Source: Waterburya sp. (GTDB taxonomy: Bacteria > Cyanobacteriota > Cyanobacteriia > Cyanobacteriales > Xenococcaceae). Taken from it: DNA of 64,000 nucleotides. Position 1 is the first letter of the stretch. Every line of letters starts with the position of its first letter. The stretch covers positions 2,112,001-2,176,000 of the forward strand of contig CBDCJV010000002.1 of NCBI GenBank assembly GCA_965217895.1, written 5' to 3'. This document shows, one piece after another, positions 40,130-49,829 of the stretch. The position numbers were made by a program, and so were the translations under genes. The notes under the pieces are model-generated. The model saw only the letters and a program-made list of their open reading frames with translations, ran no database searches and was not told the DNA's origin.

Positions 40130-41788
40130 CTAGAAACTGAAGTAACCACGTAGAACACCTGCATAGACAGTATCATTATTGGTGTTGCCGTTAGCGTTGA
40201 ATATTGCGTAAGCACCAGGGGTGATCGAAATATTATCGTTGAGCGGGAATTTGTACTGTGCCTCAACTAAATAGGATCTGTCAACGTCTCCGACGACACC
40301 GGCTGCTGTTGCGTCAGCATTAGTAGGAGCAAATCTAGGTACTTGACCACCAGCAAAAGATAGTTGAGAACCTTCTTTAACTAGGTCTAAGAAAGAAATG
40401 CTACCTTGCCAAGTCCAGAGTTCGCCAGATGGATTATTGCCGTTTCCAGGTGCTAATGCTGAGACATCGGAATAACCACCAAAACCAGCTAAGACAATTC
40501 TTTCACCCAGGTTGTAGCTAGCGTTGACACCAATATTATTAGAAGTGGTGCTAAGCCCAAGACCTCCGTTAAGTGCATTAAAAGGATTAGCTGCCAAATC
40601 ACTACCAGTACTGCCAGTTAAATTGACGCTATCAGCAGTTTGGAAACCGCGAAGATAACTTGCACTGACTTTTAAAGCGTCAAAAGGCGTAAAGTCTATT
40701 TGTCCACCTGCACTGTAGGAACCGTTAAATAAACCTTGTCCGTTAGTAGGATCTTCTGCATTATCTGTCAGATACAGCCCTGTAACCGCTATTTTATCGG
40801 GAACAATGTCAAGTTTGACACCAGCCCCAGCATTAGCAGTACTACGATAAATCAAAGGATTAAAGCGGTTGAAACGAGCTAGCGCACCATCACCACTGTT
40901 TTCTAGGGCAGGGTTGCCAGGATCGAAAACCTTATCCACTGACAAGCCAGTCGTTCCCACATAACCAGTAATTCTATCGTTAAAAAGAGGAAACCGGTAG
41001 GATAACTCACTAAGCTCAATATTGTTACCATTGTTGGATTCAAAATTGAGACGTGCTGAATCTGTGCCAGTTACATCACCATAATTAGGTACGTTGCCTG
41101 CTTCTAATCTAGCTCTCAAACGGTCTTTACCGTAGAAACTACTGTCAAAGTTTAAACGAATGCGATCGCTAAATGTAGTCTGTGTGCTATTACTAACGTC
41201 GTTGATCGCGTCAACTGTTCCACCATAGGCATCGGTAACAGCGAAGACTGCTTCAGCATTTAGCTTGGTGGTAGTAGAAAACTGGTTATCTTCTAAAGTA
41301 GCAGTACGGCTTTCAAGCTCATCCACTCTGCCACCGAGGGTAGCTAATTCTGCCTCGAACTCTTGTTGGAGACGATTGATAGTATCAAGGTCTTCTTGAC
41401 TAACCGATCCTTGAGAAGCAATCAAGCGTTCAATTTGGTTTAAGCAGGAGTTTAAACCAGCCGCAAACTCATAACGAGTCAGAGGCTGATTACCACGGAA
41501 AGTTTGATTAGGATAACCAGCAATACAGCCATAACGATCGACTAAACTACGTAAAGCTTCATAAGCCCAGTCTGTAGGCGATACGTCTCTTAATTGGTTG
41601 ACGTTAGTTACCTGAGATAAAGGCTGATCTTGACCTAATTTTTGATAGTTATTTATTTGTTCTAGAGTTTTGTTAACTCCTTCATCTTCAGCACCAGCAG
41701 TTTGCGCGCTAGCACCGCTAGCAGCAAATAAAGAAGCTGCGAATAAGAGAGGAGCGACTTTCAATGTTTGCCAAAATAATTTAATCAT
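40130..41788 (-). CDS. Cyanobacterial SLH-domain outer-membrane porin (OprB-type)
   Basis: DVSPTDWAYEAL SLH, TRYEFAAGL, FSTTTKL, C-terminal Phe. Confidence 0.93.
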   Translation of the reverse strand: MIKLFWQTLKVAPLLFAASLFAASGASAQTAGAEDEGVNKTLEQINNYQKLGQDQPLSQVTNVNQLRDVSPTDWAYEALRSLVDRYGCIAGYPNQTFRGNQPLTRYEFAAGLNSCLNQIERLIASQGSVSQEDLDTINRLQQEFEAELATLGGRVDELESRTATLEDNQFSTTTKLNAEAVFAVTDAYGGTVDAINDVSNSTQTTFSDRIRLNFDSSFYGKDRLRARLEAGNVPNYGDVTGTDSARLNFESNNGNNIELSELSYRFPLFNDRITGYVGTTGLSVDKVFDPGNPALENSGDGALARFNRFNPLIYRSTANAGAGVKLDIVPDKIAVTGLYLTDNAEDPTNGQGLFNGSYSAGGQIDFTPFDALKVSASYLRGFQTADSVNLTGSTGSDLAANPFNALNGGLGLSTTSNNIGVNASYNLGERIVLAGFGGYSDVSALAPGNGNNPSGELWTWQGSISFLDLVKEGSQLSFAGGQVPRFAPTNADATAAGVVGDVDRSYLVEAQYKFPLNDNISITPGAYAIFNANGNTNNDTVYAGVLRGYFSF

Positions 41789-42021
41789 TTATTATGTATC
41801 CTCACACACCTAAAATATGAATTAACTACAAAACCGTAGTATTAGTTACAACAAAGATTTTTATTCAATGGTAGCTAATATCCCAATAGTATAATCAACC
41901 CTTAACTGGATTAATTAAAACATGGTGACATTTTATTTTCCGCACACTAGAGAAAATATTCTTGATAAAATTTCTCTAGTTTTTCAAGTCATATTGATAC
42001 TATAGTAACAAGCTAATCACG

Positions 42022-42051
42022 TAGTTAAGATTCTGTAAAGCTTAAATTAAT
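42022..42051 (-). promoter_or_regulatory. Pho box upstream of the porin gene
   Basis: ATTAATTT-N3-CTTTACAG-N3-CTTAACTA at 11-bp period. Confidence 0.55.
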
Positions 42052-42096
42052 ATCTACATAGACTCTAGCTAATAAAAATTTACAGGCTGTTGCAGC

Positions 42097-42765
42097 TTAT
42101 TTTCTTTCACCCGTGACGATATAAGAGACTCGCTGACCAATATTAGTAGCATGATCCGCCATTCTTTCTAGGTGACGAATAGTTAAACCCAAAAGCAAGA
42201 TGGGTTCGACTACCCCTGGAACATCTTTTTGGAAAGCAATGATATTGTAAAGGCGATCGTAAGCGTCATCAACTACATCGTCTAGTTCTTTGACTCTACT
42301 CCCTGCGCTAACATCTAAATCAGCCAAAGCAACTAAACTAGTCGCTAACATCAACTGAGCGTGTTCAGACATCAAAGCAATCTCAGATAAAGCCTCGTGG
42401 GGAGCATATTTCATTAGCTTAACTGCCATTTCTGTCAGATCTTGAGCATAGTCACCAATACGCTCTAAATCTCTAACTAGCTGCATTATGGCACTAAGCA
42501 AACGTAAATCCCGAGCAACGGGTGCTTGTAGAGTCATAAGGGTAGAGCAGTCTGATTCAATCTGACGATAGTATATATCGATCTGTTTTTCGATAGTGAT
42601 TATCTTGCGGGTTGCCTCCAAATCACGCTCAAACAGTGATTGATGACTTAGACGAAAAGATTGTTCGACCAAAGTTCCCATGCGTAGAACTTCCTGCTGA
42701 ACTTTTCTAATCGATCTTTCTAGCTGATTTGACTCTGAGGGGCTAGCTTTGGAAGATAAGGTCAC
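42097..42765 (-). CDS. phoU: Phosphate signalling regulator PhoU (SphU)
   Basis: QAPVARDLR, DLERIGDY, LERMADHATNI. Confidence 0.95.
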   Translation of the reverse strand: MTLSSKASPSESNQLERSIRKVQQEVLRMGTLVEQSFRLSHQSLFERDLEATRKIITIEKQIDIYYRQIESDCSTLMTLQAPVARDLRLLSAIMQLVRDLERIGDYAQDLTEMAVKLMKYAPHEALSEIALMSEHAQLMLATSLVALADLDVSAGSRVKELDDVVDDAYDRLYNIIAFQKDVPGVVEPILLLGLTIRHLERMADHATNIGQRVSYIVTGERK

Positions 42766-42869
42766 TGATTTGATAAATAATTAATTAAATATTTTTCTAT
42801 TAGGCTACATACAATAGATAACAACAAAAGTTTAAATTTTGATTACAATTTGTATATAATCTAACTAAG

Positions 42870-44195
42870 TTATTGTTTATTATCAAGAGGTAGAACAATT
42901 TCTAGCCATGCTCCACCAAAAGTAGGATGGTTTTTAGCAGCGATCGCACCTCCATGAGCCTGAATTATTTGCTCGACAATTGCTAAACCCAAACCACTAC
43001 CATCAACCAAAGCAGAATTGTCTGCCTGTTGTCTGGTACGAGATCTGTCTCCTCGGTAAAGCCGTTCAAATATATAGGGTAAGTCCCTCGCTTCAAAACC
43101 CGTTCCCGAATCAATAATATCAATCTTAACCTGTTTCACAGTCGCAGAATCTTCTGTAACAGATGATAACTGGACTAAAATTTCCTTGTTTGACGGATTA
43201 TGCTTAATCGCATTATCCAAAAGATTAAGAAAAACTTGAATCAAGCGAGAGCGATCGCCATCAATAGTAAGATCGAGATTGCCAGCATAAGCTAAAGTTA
43301 TCTCTTTTCTGGCGGCAACTGGTTCTAAGGTATGCCAAACCGACTGGATCAGATCGTGTAGCTGAATCGGTTCATATTTCAGGGTTTTATTAGGTGCAGC
43401 CTCTAGCTGAGTTAGATCTAGCCATTCCTGAACTAATTCGATCAAACGATTGGTTTCCTTGAGCATTTGTTCTACCCAACGACGCTCAGGGTTTTGCAGT
43501 CGCGATTGTAAAGTTTCTGCTACTAAAGAAATAGCGGTTAGGGGAGTACGAAGTTCGTGAGTCAGATCGGCAAAAGTGCGATCTCGCGATTGAGATAGAT
43601 CGAATAAAAGCTGTCGGTTTTCGAGAAAGACGGCGATCTGTCCTCCAGACAAAGGAAAACCATAACCCTTAATAGCGTGGGACTCTACTATTCTCCTGGG
43701 CGGTGAAGAGGTGTCTGCTTCGACAGGACTATCTTCAGGAGGGACGTAGCGAGTATAGTAAAAAACCCATTCCTTTTCTTGGGGATGCCCAGAGCTACGG
43801 GTGACTTCGATCAGGCTATCCAAATCGTAGGAACGTACCAATTCTAATAGTAAACGAACTCGTTGCGATCGCCAAGAATCAATTTTCAGTAATTCTTTAG
43901 CAGTTCGGTTACAGCCTAAAAGCTGATTTTCAGCGTCTACTTGCAAATAACCAATCGGTGCTTGTTCGATTAATTCTTGCCAAGTTTGCTTATTTTTTTC
44001 TAGCTTCTGACGTTGACGATCTAAATCAAGCAATTCGCGACGAATTAAAGAATGCACTGGTAAAGAAACATCACCGTCAGCATTAACACCATAAGAACTA
44101 AGAGTTTTCTTTAACTTTTTTTTAAACCGATATTGTTGCCCAGCATAAATTCCCAGACCGACTGCCAGTCCCATGAAAAAATCTATAGCTGCCAT
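42870..44195 (-). CDS. sphS: Phosphate-sensing histidine kinase SphS/PhoR
   Basis: LLLELVRSYDLD, HELRTPL, NLLDNAIK, GSGLGLAI; between sphR and phoU. Confidence 0.88.
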   Translation of the reverse strand: MAAIDFFMGLAVGLGIYAGQQYRFKKKLKKTLSSYGVNADGDVSLPVHSLIRRELLDLDRQRQKLEKNKQTWQELIEQAPIGYLQVDAENQLLGCNRTAKELLKIDSWRSQRVRLLLELVRSYDLDSLIEVTRSSGHPQEKEWVFYYTRYVPPEDSPVEADTSSPPRRIVESHAIKGYGFPLSGGQIAVFLENRQLLFDLSQSRDRTFADLTHELRTPLTAISLVAETLQSRLQNPERRWVEQMLKETNRLIELVQEWLDLTQLEAAPNKTLKYEPIQLHDLIQSVWHTLEPVAARKEITLAYAGNLDLTIDGDRSRLIQVFLNLLDNAIKHNPSNKEILVQLSSVTEDSATVKQVKIDIIDSGTGFEARDLPYIFERLYRGDRSRTRQQADNSALVDGSGLGLAIVEQIIQAHGGAIAAKNHPTFGGAWLEIVLPLDNKQ

Positions 44196-44281
44196 AGGTT
44201 AGTTATTACTTCTGAATGAACTAACTCTAGCAAATGCCTCTAGCTTTTGAAAGCTAGCTTTCAAAATCTCAAATTACTTTT

Positions 44282-44326
44282 TATAGTAGGTAGTAGGTAG
44301 TTTTAAAAACTACCTACTACCTACTA
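44282..44326. repeat. Inverted pair of TAGTAGG/CTACCTA heptamer arrays forming a long hairpin
   Basis: tagtaggtagtaggtagttttaaaaactacctactacctacta; the same heptamer occurs near 38715-38740. Confidence 0.75.
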
Positions 44327-44381
44327 CGAACTTACCTCTTGGCAAAGTAATCTATGGTAATTTGTGCGCACAAGTCTAATA

Positions 44382-45137
44382 TTAACCAAAACGATAGCCA
44401 AAACCTCTGACCGTAATCAAATATTCAGGCTGACTGGGTTCTTCTTCTAGTTTTTCTCGTAACCAACGAATATGAACATCCACGGTTTTAGTATCTCCCA
44501 AGAAGTCTGGACCCCAAACTTGGTCGATTAATTGTTCTCTAGACCAAACTCGACGGGGATAACTCATAAACAATTCTAATAAGCGAAATTCTTTAGGGGA
44601 CAAATTTACTTCTGAACCCCTGACCACAACCCGACACTCTTCAGCAAAGAGATTTATATCACGATACTTCTGAACCGAACTAGGACTAGAAGATGGGTTA
44701 GTGTATCTTTGGCGACGTAACAAGGCACGACAGCGAGCTACGAGTTCTCTCATGCTAAAAGGTTTGGTCAGATAGTCATCCGCTCCTACCTCTAAACCCA
44801 ATACGCGGTCTGTTTCACTGCTTTTAGCACTAATTACTAAAATAGGCGTAATATCCTCTTCATAGCGTAATAAACGGCAGATATCTAAGCCATTAACTTC
44901 AGGCAGCATCAAGTCTAAGATAATTAAATCTGGAGCTAATTTTGCTTGGCTCAGGTTAGGGTTTTGCAACATATTTAGTGCTGTTCTACCATTGCTGGCG
45001 GTGTGAACCTCAAAACCTTCTTCTTCTAAAGCAATTACAACCATCTCTCTAATTAAGTCTTCATCTTCAACTAGCAAGATGCGATTTGTTTGAGTCAATT
45101 TAGATTCGACTGGAGGCTGGATTTCTGAACACAGCAT
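44382..45137 (-). CDS. sphR: OmpR-family response regulator SphR/PhoB
   Basis: LDLMLPEVNG, WSREQLI, KTVDVHIRWLREK. Confidence 0.9.
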   Translation of the reverse strand: MLCSEIQPPVESKLTQTNRILLVEDEDLIREMVVIALEEEGFEVHTASNGRTALNMLQNPNLSQAKLAPDLIILDLMLPEVNGLDICRLLRYEEDITPILVISAKSSETDRVLGLEVGADDYLTKPFSMRELVARCRALLRRQRYTNPSSSPSSVQKYRDINLFAEECRVVVRGSEVNLSPKEFRLLELFMSYPRRVWSREQLIDQVWGPDFLGDTKTVDVHIRWLREKLEEEPSQPEYLITVRGFGYRFG

Positions 45138-45232
45138 AAATAAATACTTTAAATTATCGGTAATATTACATATACATTAAAATTGGCACTTAGTGACATT
45201 CTAAGCAAATTATTAATGTTGTTAAGGTTTGG

Positions 45233-45829
45233 TTATCTTCCTGCATAGCGTTCTTCTGCCCATGGTTCTCCCCGTCGATGATAGCCATTTCGTTCCCAAA
45301 AACCAGATTCATCATGGTCTAAAAATTCGATGCCGTTAATCCATTTAGCACTTTTCCAAGCATATAAATGAGGCACAACTAATCTCATTGGACCACCATG
45401 TTCGGCGGGCAGAGGTTCACCGTCAAGGGTATGAGCAAAAAAGTTTTCGGCGTGGGCAAAGTCCTCTAAGGGCAAATTAGTCGTGTAACCACCATAGGAA
45501 TGTTGCAAAATATGAGTTGCTTTGGAGTCAATCTCAATTGCCTGAAGAAAATCTGTAACCCTGACTCCTCTCCACTTTACATCTAGCTTTGACCAACGAG
45601 TTACGCAGTGAAAATCAGCGATAATGTCCTGCTGGGGCAAACTCATAAAATCTGACCAGTCAAAGGCTTTAGGTGTAACCAAACCCCATACTTTAAACAG
45701 CCAATTGTCGGTGGAAATTTGCGGTGTTTCTCCATAGGTGAGAACAGGAAACCCCTTAGCTAAATACTGACCAGGAGGGACTCTTTCTTTTTGGTCTGCT
45801 TCTGGTTTAGTAAAAAATTTTCTCGCCAT
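45233..45829 (-). CDS. Sulfite oxidase-like molybdopterin oxidoreductase
   Basis: RVPPGQY, DFHCVTRWS, HGGPMRL, WKSAKW. Confidence 0.9.
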   Translation of the reverse strand: MARKFFTKPEADQKERVPPGQYLAKGFPVLTYGETPQISTDNWLFKVWGLVTPKAFDWSDFMSLPQQDIIADFHCVTRWSKLDVKWRGVRVTDFLQAIEIDSKATHILQHSYGGYTTNLPLEDFAHAENFFAHTLDGEPLPAEHGGPMRLVVPHLYAWKSAKWINGIEFLDHDESGFWERNGYHRRGEPWAEERYAGR

Positions 45830-45990
45830 AGTTTCAGTTTAATAAACTTCTCGCTCAAATTAATTCTACTAAAAAACAAAGGTGCGTCACCTTAAGGCAC
45901 ACACCATTACTTTTCCAATCTAACCTATAAACAGTTCGTCGTTAGTAGTTGGTAGTTAGTAGGTAATAAGTAGTTTATACCCGACTACAA

Positions 45991-46036
45991 CAAGTCGATT
46001 GGACTTGCGCCCTTCGGCGACGCGTCCCTCGACTTC
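45991..46036. mobile_element. Nested hairpin insertion within a heptamer array
   Basis: aagtcga...tcgactt outer stem; inner ttgcgcccttcggcgacgc matches ttgcgcctgacggcgacgc in the Uma2 99-nt insert. Confidence 0.6.
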
Positions 46037-46078
46037 AAACGACAGACAACAAACTACAAACTCTTAGATAGACAAAAC

Positions 46079-46255
46079 CTATTCTTCGTCATCCTCTTCA
46101 TCATCTTGAGGATAGACAAAGCTATTAGAACGTCCAGACAAGACGGATTTACCCAGAGATAAAGCTTTCTCAGCTTCCACTGCTGCCTTGTGCTTCCAGA
46201 CTGCTTTGCGACTATCACGTTTCGATTTAGATGTTTTCTTCTTTGGTACTGCCAT
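46079..46255 (-). CDS. rpmF: 50S ribosomal protein L32 (58 aa, below ORF-track cutoff)
   Basis: [21 protein letters not shown]...ALSLGKSVL...DDEE*. Confidence 0.95.
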   Translation of the reverse strand: MAVPKKKTSKSKRDSRKAVWKHKAAVEAEKALSLGKSVLSGRSNSFVYPQDDEEDDEE

Positions 46256-46310
46256 AATTATTTAATTTAAGAGGACAACCTTACTATTGTAATGGTTATG
46301 TCCCAAAAAG

Positions 46311-47084
46311 CTAGAGAGTTTGACCAGGAAAAAGGCTAGTCTCACCAATAGATTGCTCGGCATTGCCAACATCAGAGTCTAAAAACTTGTGATTAACTAT
46401 GTCTCTAAATTCTGCTAAATCATTTTTCCAGTGATCTAAAAAGCTTTGTACTTGGGCTAATCTCTTCTCCTGGCTTCCTTCTGGATTAACGCTGTAGTTA
46501 AAGTTGCCAGCAAACAAAATTGCCGTTATGGATTGTTGTTCAGGTTGCTGTAGTCGAGCTTCAGAAACACTGATGCTCAATTGGCATCTATCCAAAAGAT
46601 ACATCAAATTAATGCTTGCCTGTACAGGAGCTTGACCAATTTTTTTCCAAGAGCCAGCACCAAGTAGGCTACTAGTAATAAATTCACGCACAGTTGCGGG
46701 GTTATCAGGAAAAGGCATCAAAATTTTAGGACTCATTCCCAAGCCCATATAGTCTGCATGAGGCAGTTTTTCAATGTACTTGGCTGCTACAGTTGCGATC
46801 GCTAGTTCTTCTGTTCTATTTCCCAAAGATTCTCGTACTGTGATGGTATGAGGCTGGGCAGTTATGCCGACACCATTGGTAAAGTTTAACTGCGCCAAAT
46901 TAGGATTTAGTACTGGCTGCTGGGAGAGTTCCCATTCTTTGGGGATGATGCCACTAAATTTGAGAAAATCTTGGCTCATCATGGTAGGAGTTAAGTCTTG
47001 TGCGGCGATAATGATGGACAATTCTTCAATAGAATCAGTAAGAGTCGAGGGATTAACGGCAGATGCCACGTTAGATGTAGTCAT
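46311..47084 (-). CDS. Conserved hypothetical protein
   Basis: 257-aa ORF, FLKFSGIIPKEWEL; function not recognised. Confidence 0.7.
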   Translation of the reverse strand: MTTSNVASAVNPSTLTDSIEELSIIIAAQDLTPTMMSQDFLKFSGIIPKEWELSQQPVLNPNLAQLNFTNGVGITAQPHTITVRESLGNRTEELAIATVAAKYIEKLPHADYMGLGMSPKILMPFPDNPATVREFITSSLLGAGSWKKIGQAPVQASINLMYLLDRCQLSISVSEARLQQPEQQSITAILFAGNFNYSVNPEGSQEKRLAQVQSFLDHWKNDLAEFRDIVNHKFLDSDVGNAEQSIGETSLFPGQTL

Positions 47085-47250
47085 AATCTAATCAGCCAAA
47101 AATTGTTTTATATAATATGTATCTATAAGTACTTTGCCCAAAAAAAGTAGCAAACTCCCATAAGGCTAAAAATAATTTTGACTCTTAACTCTTGACTTTT
47201 GACTTCAATATTTGCGAGTCTGCAATAACATTCCAACTTAAACCACGCTC

Positions 47251-48756
47251 ATGACTTTAAACGTATACAATACTCTTACCCGCACCAAGTCAACGTTTCA
47301 AACCATTGAAGAGAATAAAGTGCGGATGTATTGCTGTGGCATAACTGTCTATGATTATTGTCACCTTGGTCATGCTAGAACTTGTCTAGTATGGGACGTG
47401 GTGCGTCGTTACCTACGGTGGAGTGGTTATAAAGTAAATTACATTCAGAATTTTACTGACATTGACGATAAAATCCTCAAGCGCGCCAGACAAGAAGGAA
47501 CTTCAATGGAGGCAGTTTCCGAAAAGTATATTGAGGCATACTTTGAAGACATGGAACAGTTAGGAGTTGGCAAAGCCGATGCCTATCCCCGCGCTACCCA
47601 TACCTTAGATGGCATTAAGCGTTTAGTTTATGAATTAGAACAAAAAGGTTTTGCCTATCCTGCCGAGGGAGATGTTTATTATTCTGTACAAAAGTTTCCT
47701 GAATACGGCAAGCTATCAGGCAGAAAGTTAGAAGATATGCAGGCTGGTGCTAGTGGCAGAGTTAGAGTTGAAGATCCCGAAGCTAGTAAGAAGCGCGCCA
47801 GCACTGCGGACGATGTTCTCGACCCAGGTGACTGGCGTAAGAAGCAGTATGCCTTCGATTTCGCCCTTTGGAAAGCTGCCAAAGAAGGTGAACCTGCTTG
47901 GGAATCTCCTTGGGGAAATGGTCGTCCTGGCTGGCATATTGAGTGTTCGGCAATGGTCAGAGAAAGACTAGGAGAAACCATCGATCTTCATGTCGGCGGT
48001 GGAGACTTGATTTTTCCCCATCATGAAAACGAAATTGCTCAATCTGAAGCAGTAACGGGTAAACCCCTGGCTAACTATTGGCTGCACAACGGCATGATCA
48101 TTGTGGAAGGGAAAAAGATGTCTAAGTCTTTAGGTAACTTTATTACTATCCGCGAGTTGTTAGATAAATATGAGCCAATGGCAGTACGTTTGTTTATTTT
48201 GCAGACTCAATATCGTAAGCCTGTAGACTTTACTGAATCAGCCTTAGCTACAGCTACTAATAGCTGGGAGACTTTGAAAGAAGGATTGCTGTTTGGTTAT
48301 CAATATGGCAAAAAATTAGCTTTTTCAGCCTCTAGCGATCGCGCTATTCGCAACCAAGAATTAGTTAAGCGATTTAAAGAAGCGGTTGACGATGATTTTA
48401 ACTTTGCCGGTGGTTTAGCGATTTTATTTGAAATTGCTAAGAATCTAAGTAAAGAAGGTAATATTCTAGTCCATCAAGGAACAACCAAAACAACAACAGA
48501 AGAGTTGGCTGCACAATGGCATACTTTAATTGAGCTTGCAGGAATCTTGGGTTTTGCAGTGCAGATTGAAGATGTTGATGACAATAGTAACCAAGGCTTA
48601 AGTGATGGAGAGATAGATGCTTTGGTGCAGCAGCGTAATGATGCTAGAGCTAATAAAAACTATGGCCAAAGCGATCGCCTTAGAGACGAACTACAGGCAC
48701 AAGGTATTACTCTAATTGATAAACCAGGAGGCATTACTATTTGGAATCGAGGTTAA
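47251..48756 (+). CDS. cysS: Cysteine--tRNA ligase (with a 17-aa insertion)
   Basis: CGITVYD, HLGH, GRPGWHIECS, KMSKS. Confidence 0.97.
   Translation: MTLNVYNTLTRTKSTFQTIEENKVRMYCCGITVYDYCHLGHARTCLVWDVVRRYLRWSGYKVNYIQNFTDIDDKILKRARQEGTSMEAVSEKYIEAYFEDMEQLGVGKADAYPRATHTLDGIKRLVYELEQKGFAYPAEGDVYYSVQKFPEYGKLSGRKLEDMQAGASGRVRVEDPEASKKRASTADDVLDPGDWRKKQYAFDFALWKAAKEGEPAWESPWGNGRPGWHIECSAMVRERLGETIDLHVGGGDLIFPHHENEIAQSEAVTGKPLANYWLHNGMIIVEGKKMSKSLGNFITIRELLDKYEPMAVRLFILQTQYRKPVDFTESALATATNSWETLKEGLLFGYQYGKKLAFSASSDRAIRNQELVKRFKEAVDDDFNFAGGLAILFEIAKNLSKEGNILVHQGTTKTTTEELAAQWHTLIELAGILGFAVQIEDVDDNSNQGLSDGEIDALVQQRNDARANKNYGQSDRLRDELQAQGITLIDKPGGITIWNRG
47795..47845. mobile_element. 51-nt in-frame hairpin insertion in cysS
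   Basis: taagaagc direct repeats at 47787 and 47838; cgccag...ctggcg stem. Confidence 0.75.
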
Positions 48757-48784
48757 ATTTTAATTACACTCACTTATTAATTTG

Positions 48785-49033
48785 ATGACCACTGAACAAC
48801 AATTAGAACTAGAAGAAATTAAAAAGCAGATCGGCGATCGCTTTGATAAACAAGATGAAAAGATTAATGCTCGCTTTGATAAGCAAGATGAAAAAATTAG
48901 CGATATTAGAATTGAACTTGCTGAAATCAAAGTTGATACTACATGGATTAAATGGTTATTTGGTGGATTATTGAGCTTTATTTTGATTCTGTTAAGTGTG
49001 ATCATCACGATGATTTTCAAGTTAGTTAGTTGA
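48785..49033 (+). CDS. Small coiled-coil protein with C-terminal TM
   Basis: Two RFDKQDEKI repeats (33-nt period), WIKWLFG then a hydrophobic tail. Confidence 0.65.
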   Translation: MTTEQQLELEEIKKQIGDRFDKQDEKINARFDKQDEKISDIRIELAEIKVDTTWIKWLFGGLLSFILILLSVIITMIFKLVS

Positions 49034-49040
49034 ATAATGA

Positions 49041-49197
49041 TGCAGTAGCGTAATGATGCTCAAGCTAATAAACATCATTCAAAAAGCGATGCCTACGGCT
49101 AGCTCCGCAATCGCCTGAGAAACGAATTACAGGTACAAGGTACTACTTTAATCAATGAACCAGGAGGAGTAACTATTTGGAATCGAAGTTAGATTTT
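49041..49197 (+). repeat. Degenerate duplicate of the cysS 3' end (48626-48761) with a 21-nt insertion in its HIP1
   Basis: Colinear match tgcag.agcgtaatgatgct...ttggaatcga.gtt.a.atttt; 157 nt = 136 + 21. Confidence 0.9.
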
Positions 49198-49371
49198 GTT
49201 TTAAACAAGCTGACTAAAGTAAAGCTTAATAATTAGAAAAGAAAACTTTTGGTCAAGAATTGAATACGAATCTAAACACAAAATGTTTTTTGTAATTTAT
49301 TTTGCTGTTAATTACAGTTTTGAAAGCGATATTCCCAACATTTTGCAATATATTGAAAAGTTATTTTAACT

Positions 49372-49647
49372 ATGAAGCAAGTAAAAATAATAGTCTCAGG
49401 AAAAGTGCAGGGTGTAGGATTTAGGTATTACACTCGCAAAAAAGCAGAGCAATTAGGCGTTCGGGGATATGTGCGAAATTTGAAAAATGGCAATGTAGAA
49501 ATTGTTACCGTCGGAGAAACAAAACAAGTGGATACACTAATTGAATGGGCTAGATCTGGTTCTCCTGCTGCTGTAGTAAATGATCTGAAGATAAAAGCTA
49601 TTGATGAGCTTGAAGAAAAATATCAAGACTTTGAAATTCTCAGGTAA
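49372..49647 (+). CDS. Acylphosphatase
   Basis: VSGKVQGVGFR, GYVRNLKNGNVE. Confidence 0.93.
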   Translation: MKQVKIIVSGKVQGVGFRYYTRKKAEQLGVRGYVRNLKNGNVEIVTVGETKQVDTLIEWARSGSPAAVVNDLKIKAIDELEEKYQDFEILR

Positions 49648-49733
49648 GTATAAATGTTCAAACTCTATCAGCCAACTTTGCTTAAATCTATAACGACCGA
49701 TTTAGAAAAGTTAATTGAGTCAAACGCCAAGAC

Positions 49734-49800
49734 AGAGATGAACTACACAAAGATATTACTCTAATTGATAAACCAAGAGGAGTAACTGTTTAAAATTGAG
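49734..49800 (+). repeat. Second, shorter degenerate copy of the cysS 3' end
   Basis: agagatgaactaca...tattactctaattgataaacca.gagg matches 48682-48751. Confidence 0.8.
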
Positions 49801-49829
49801 GACAAACCAAAGCAATGATGCTTGACTTT

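Noticed and set aside
45205..45240. Pho box upstream of sphR
   Set aside because: TTAA units are not at 11-bp spacing.
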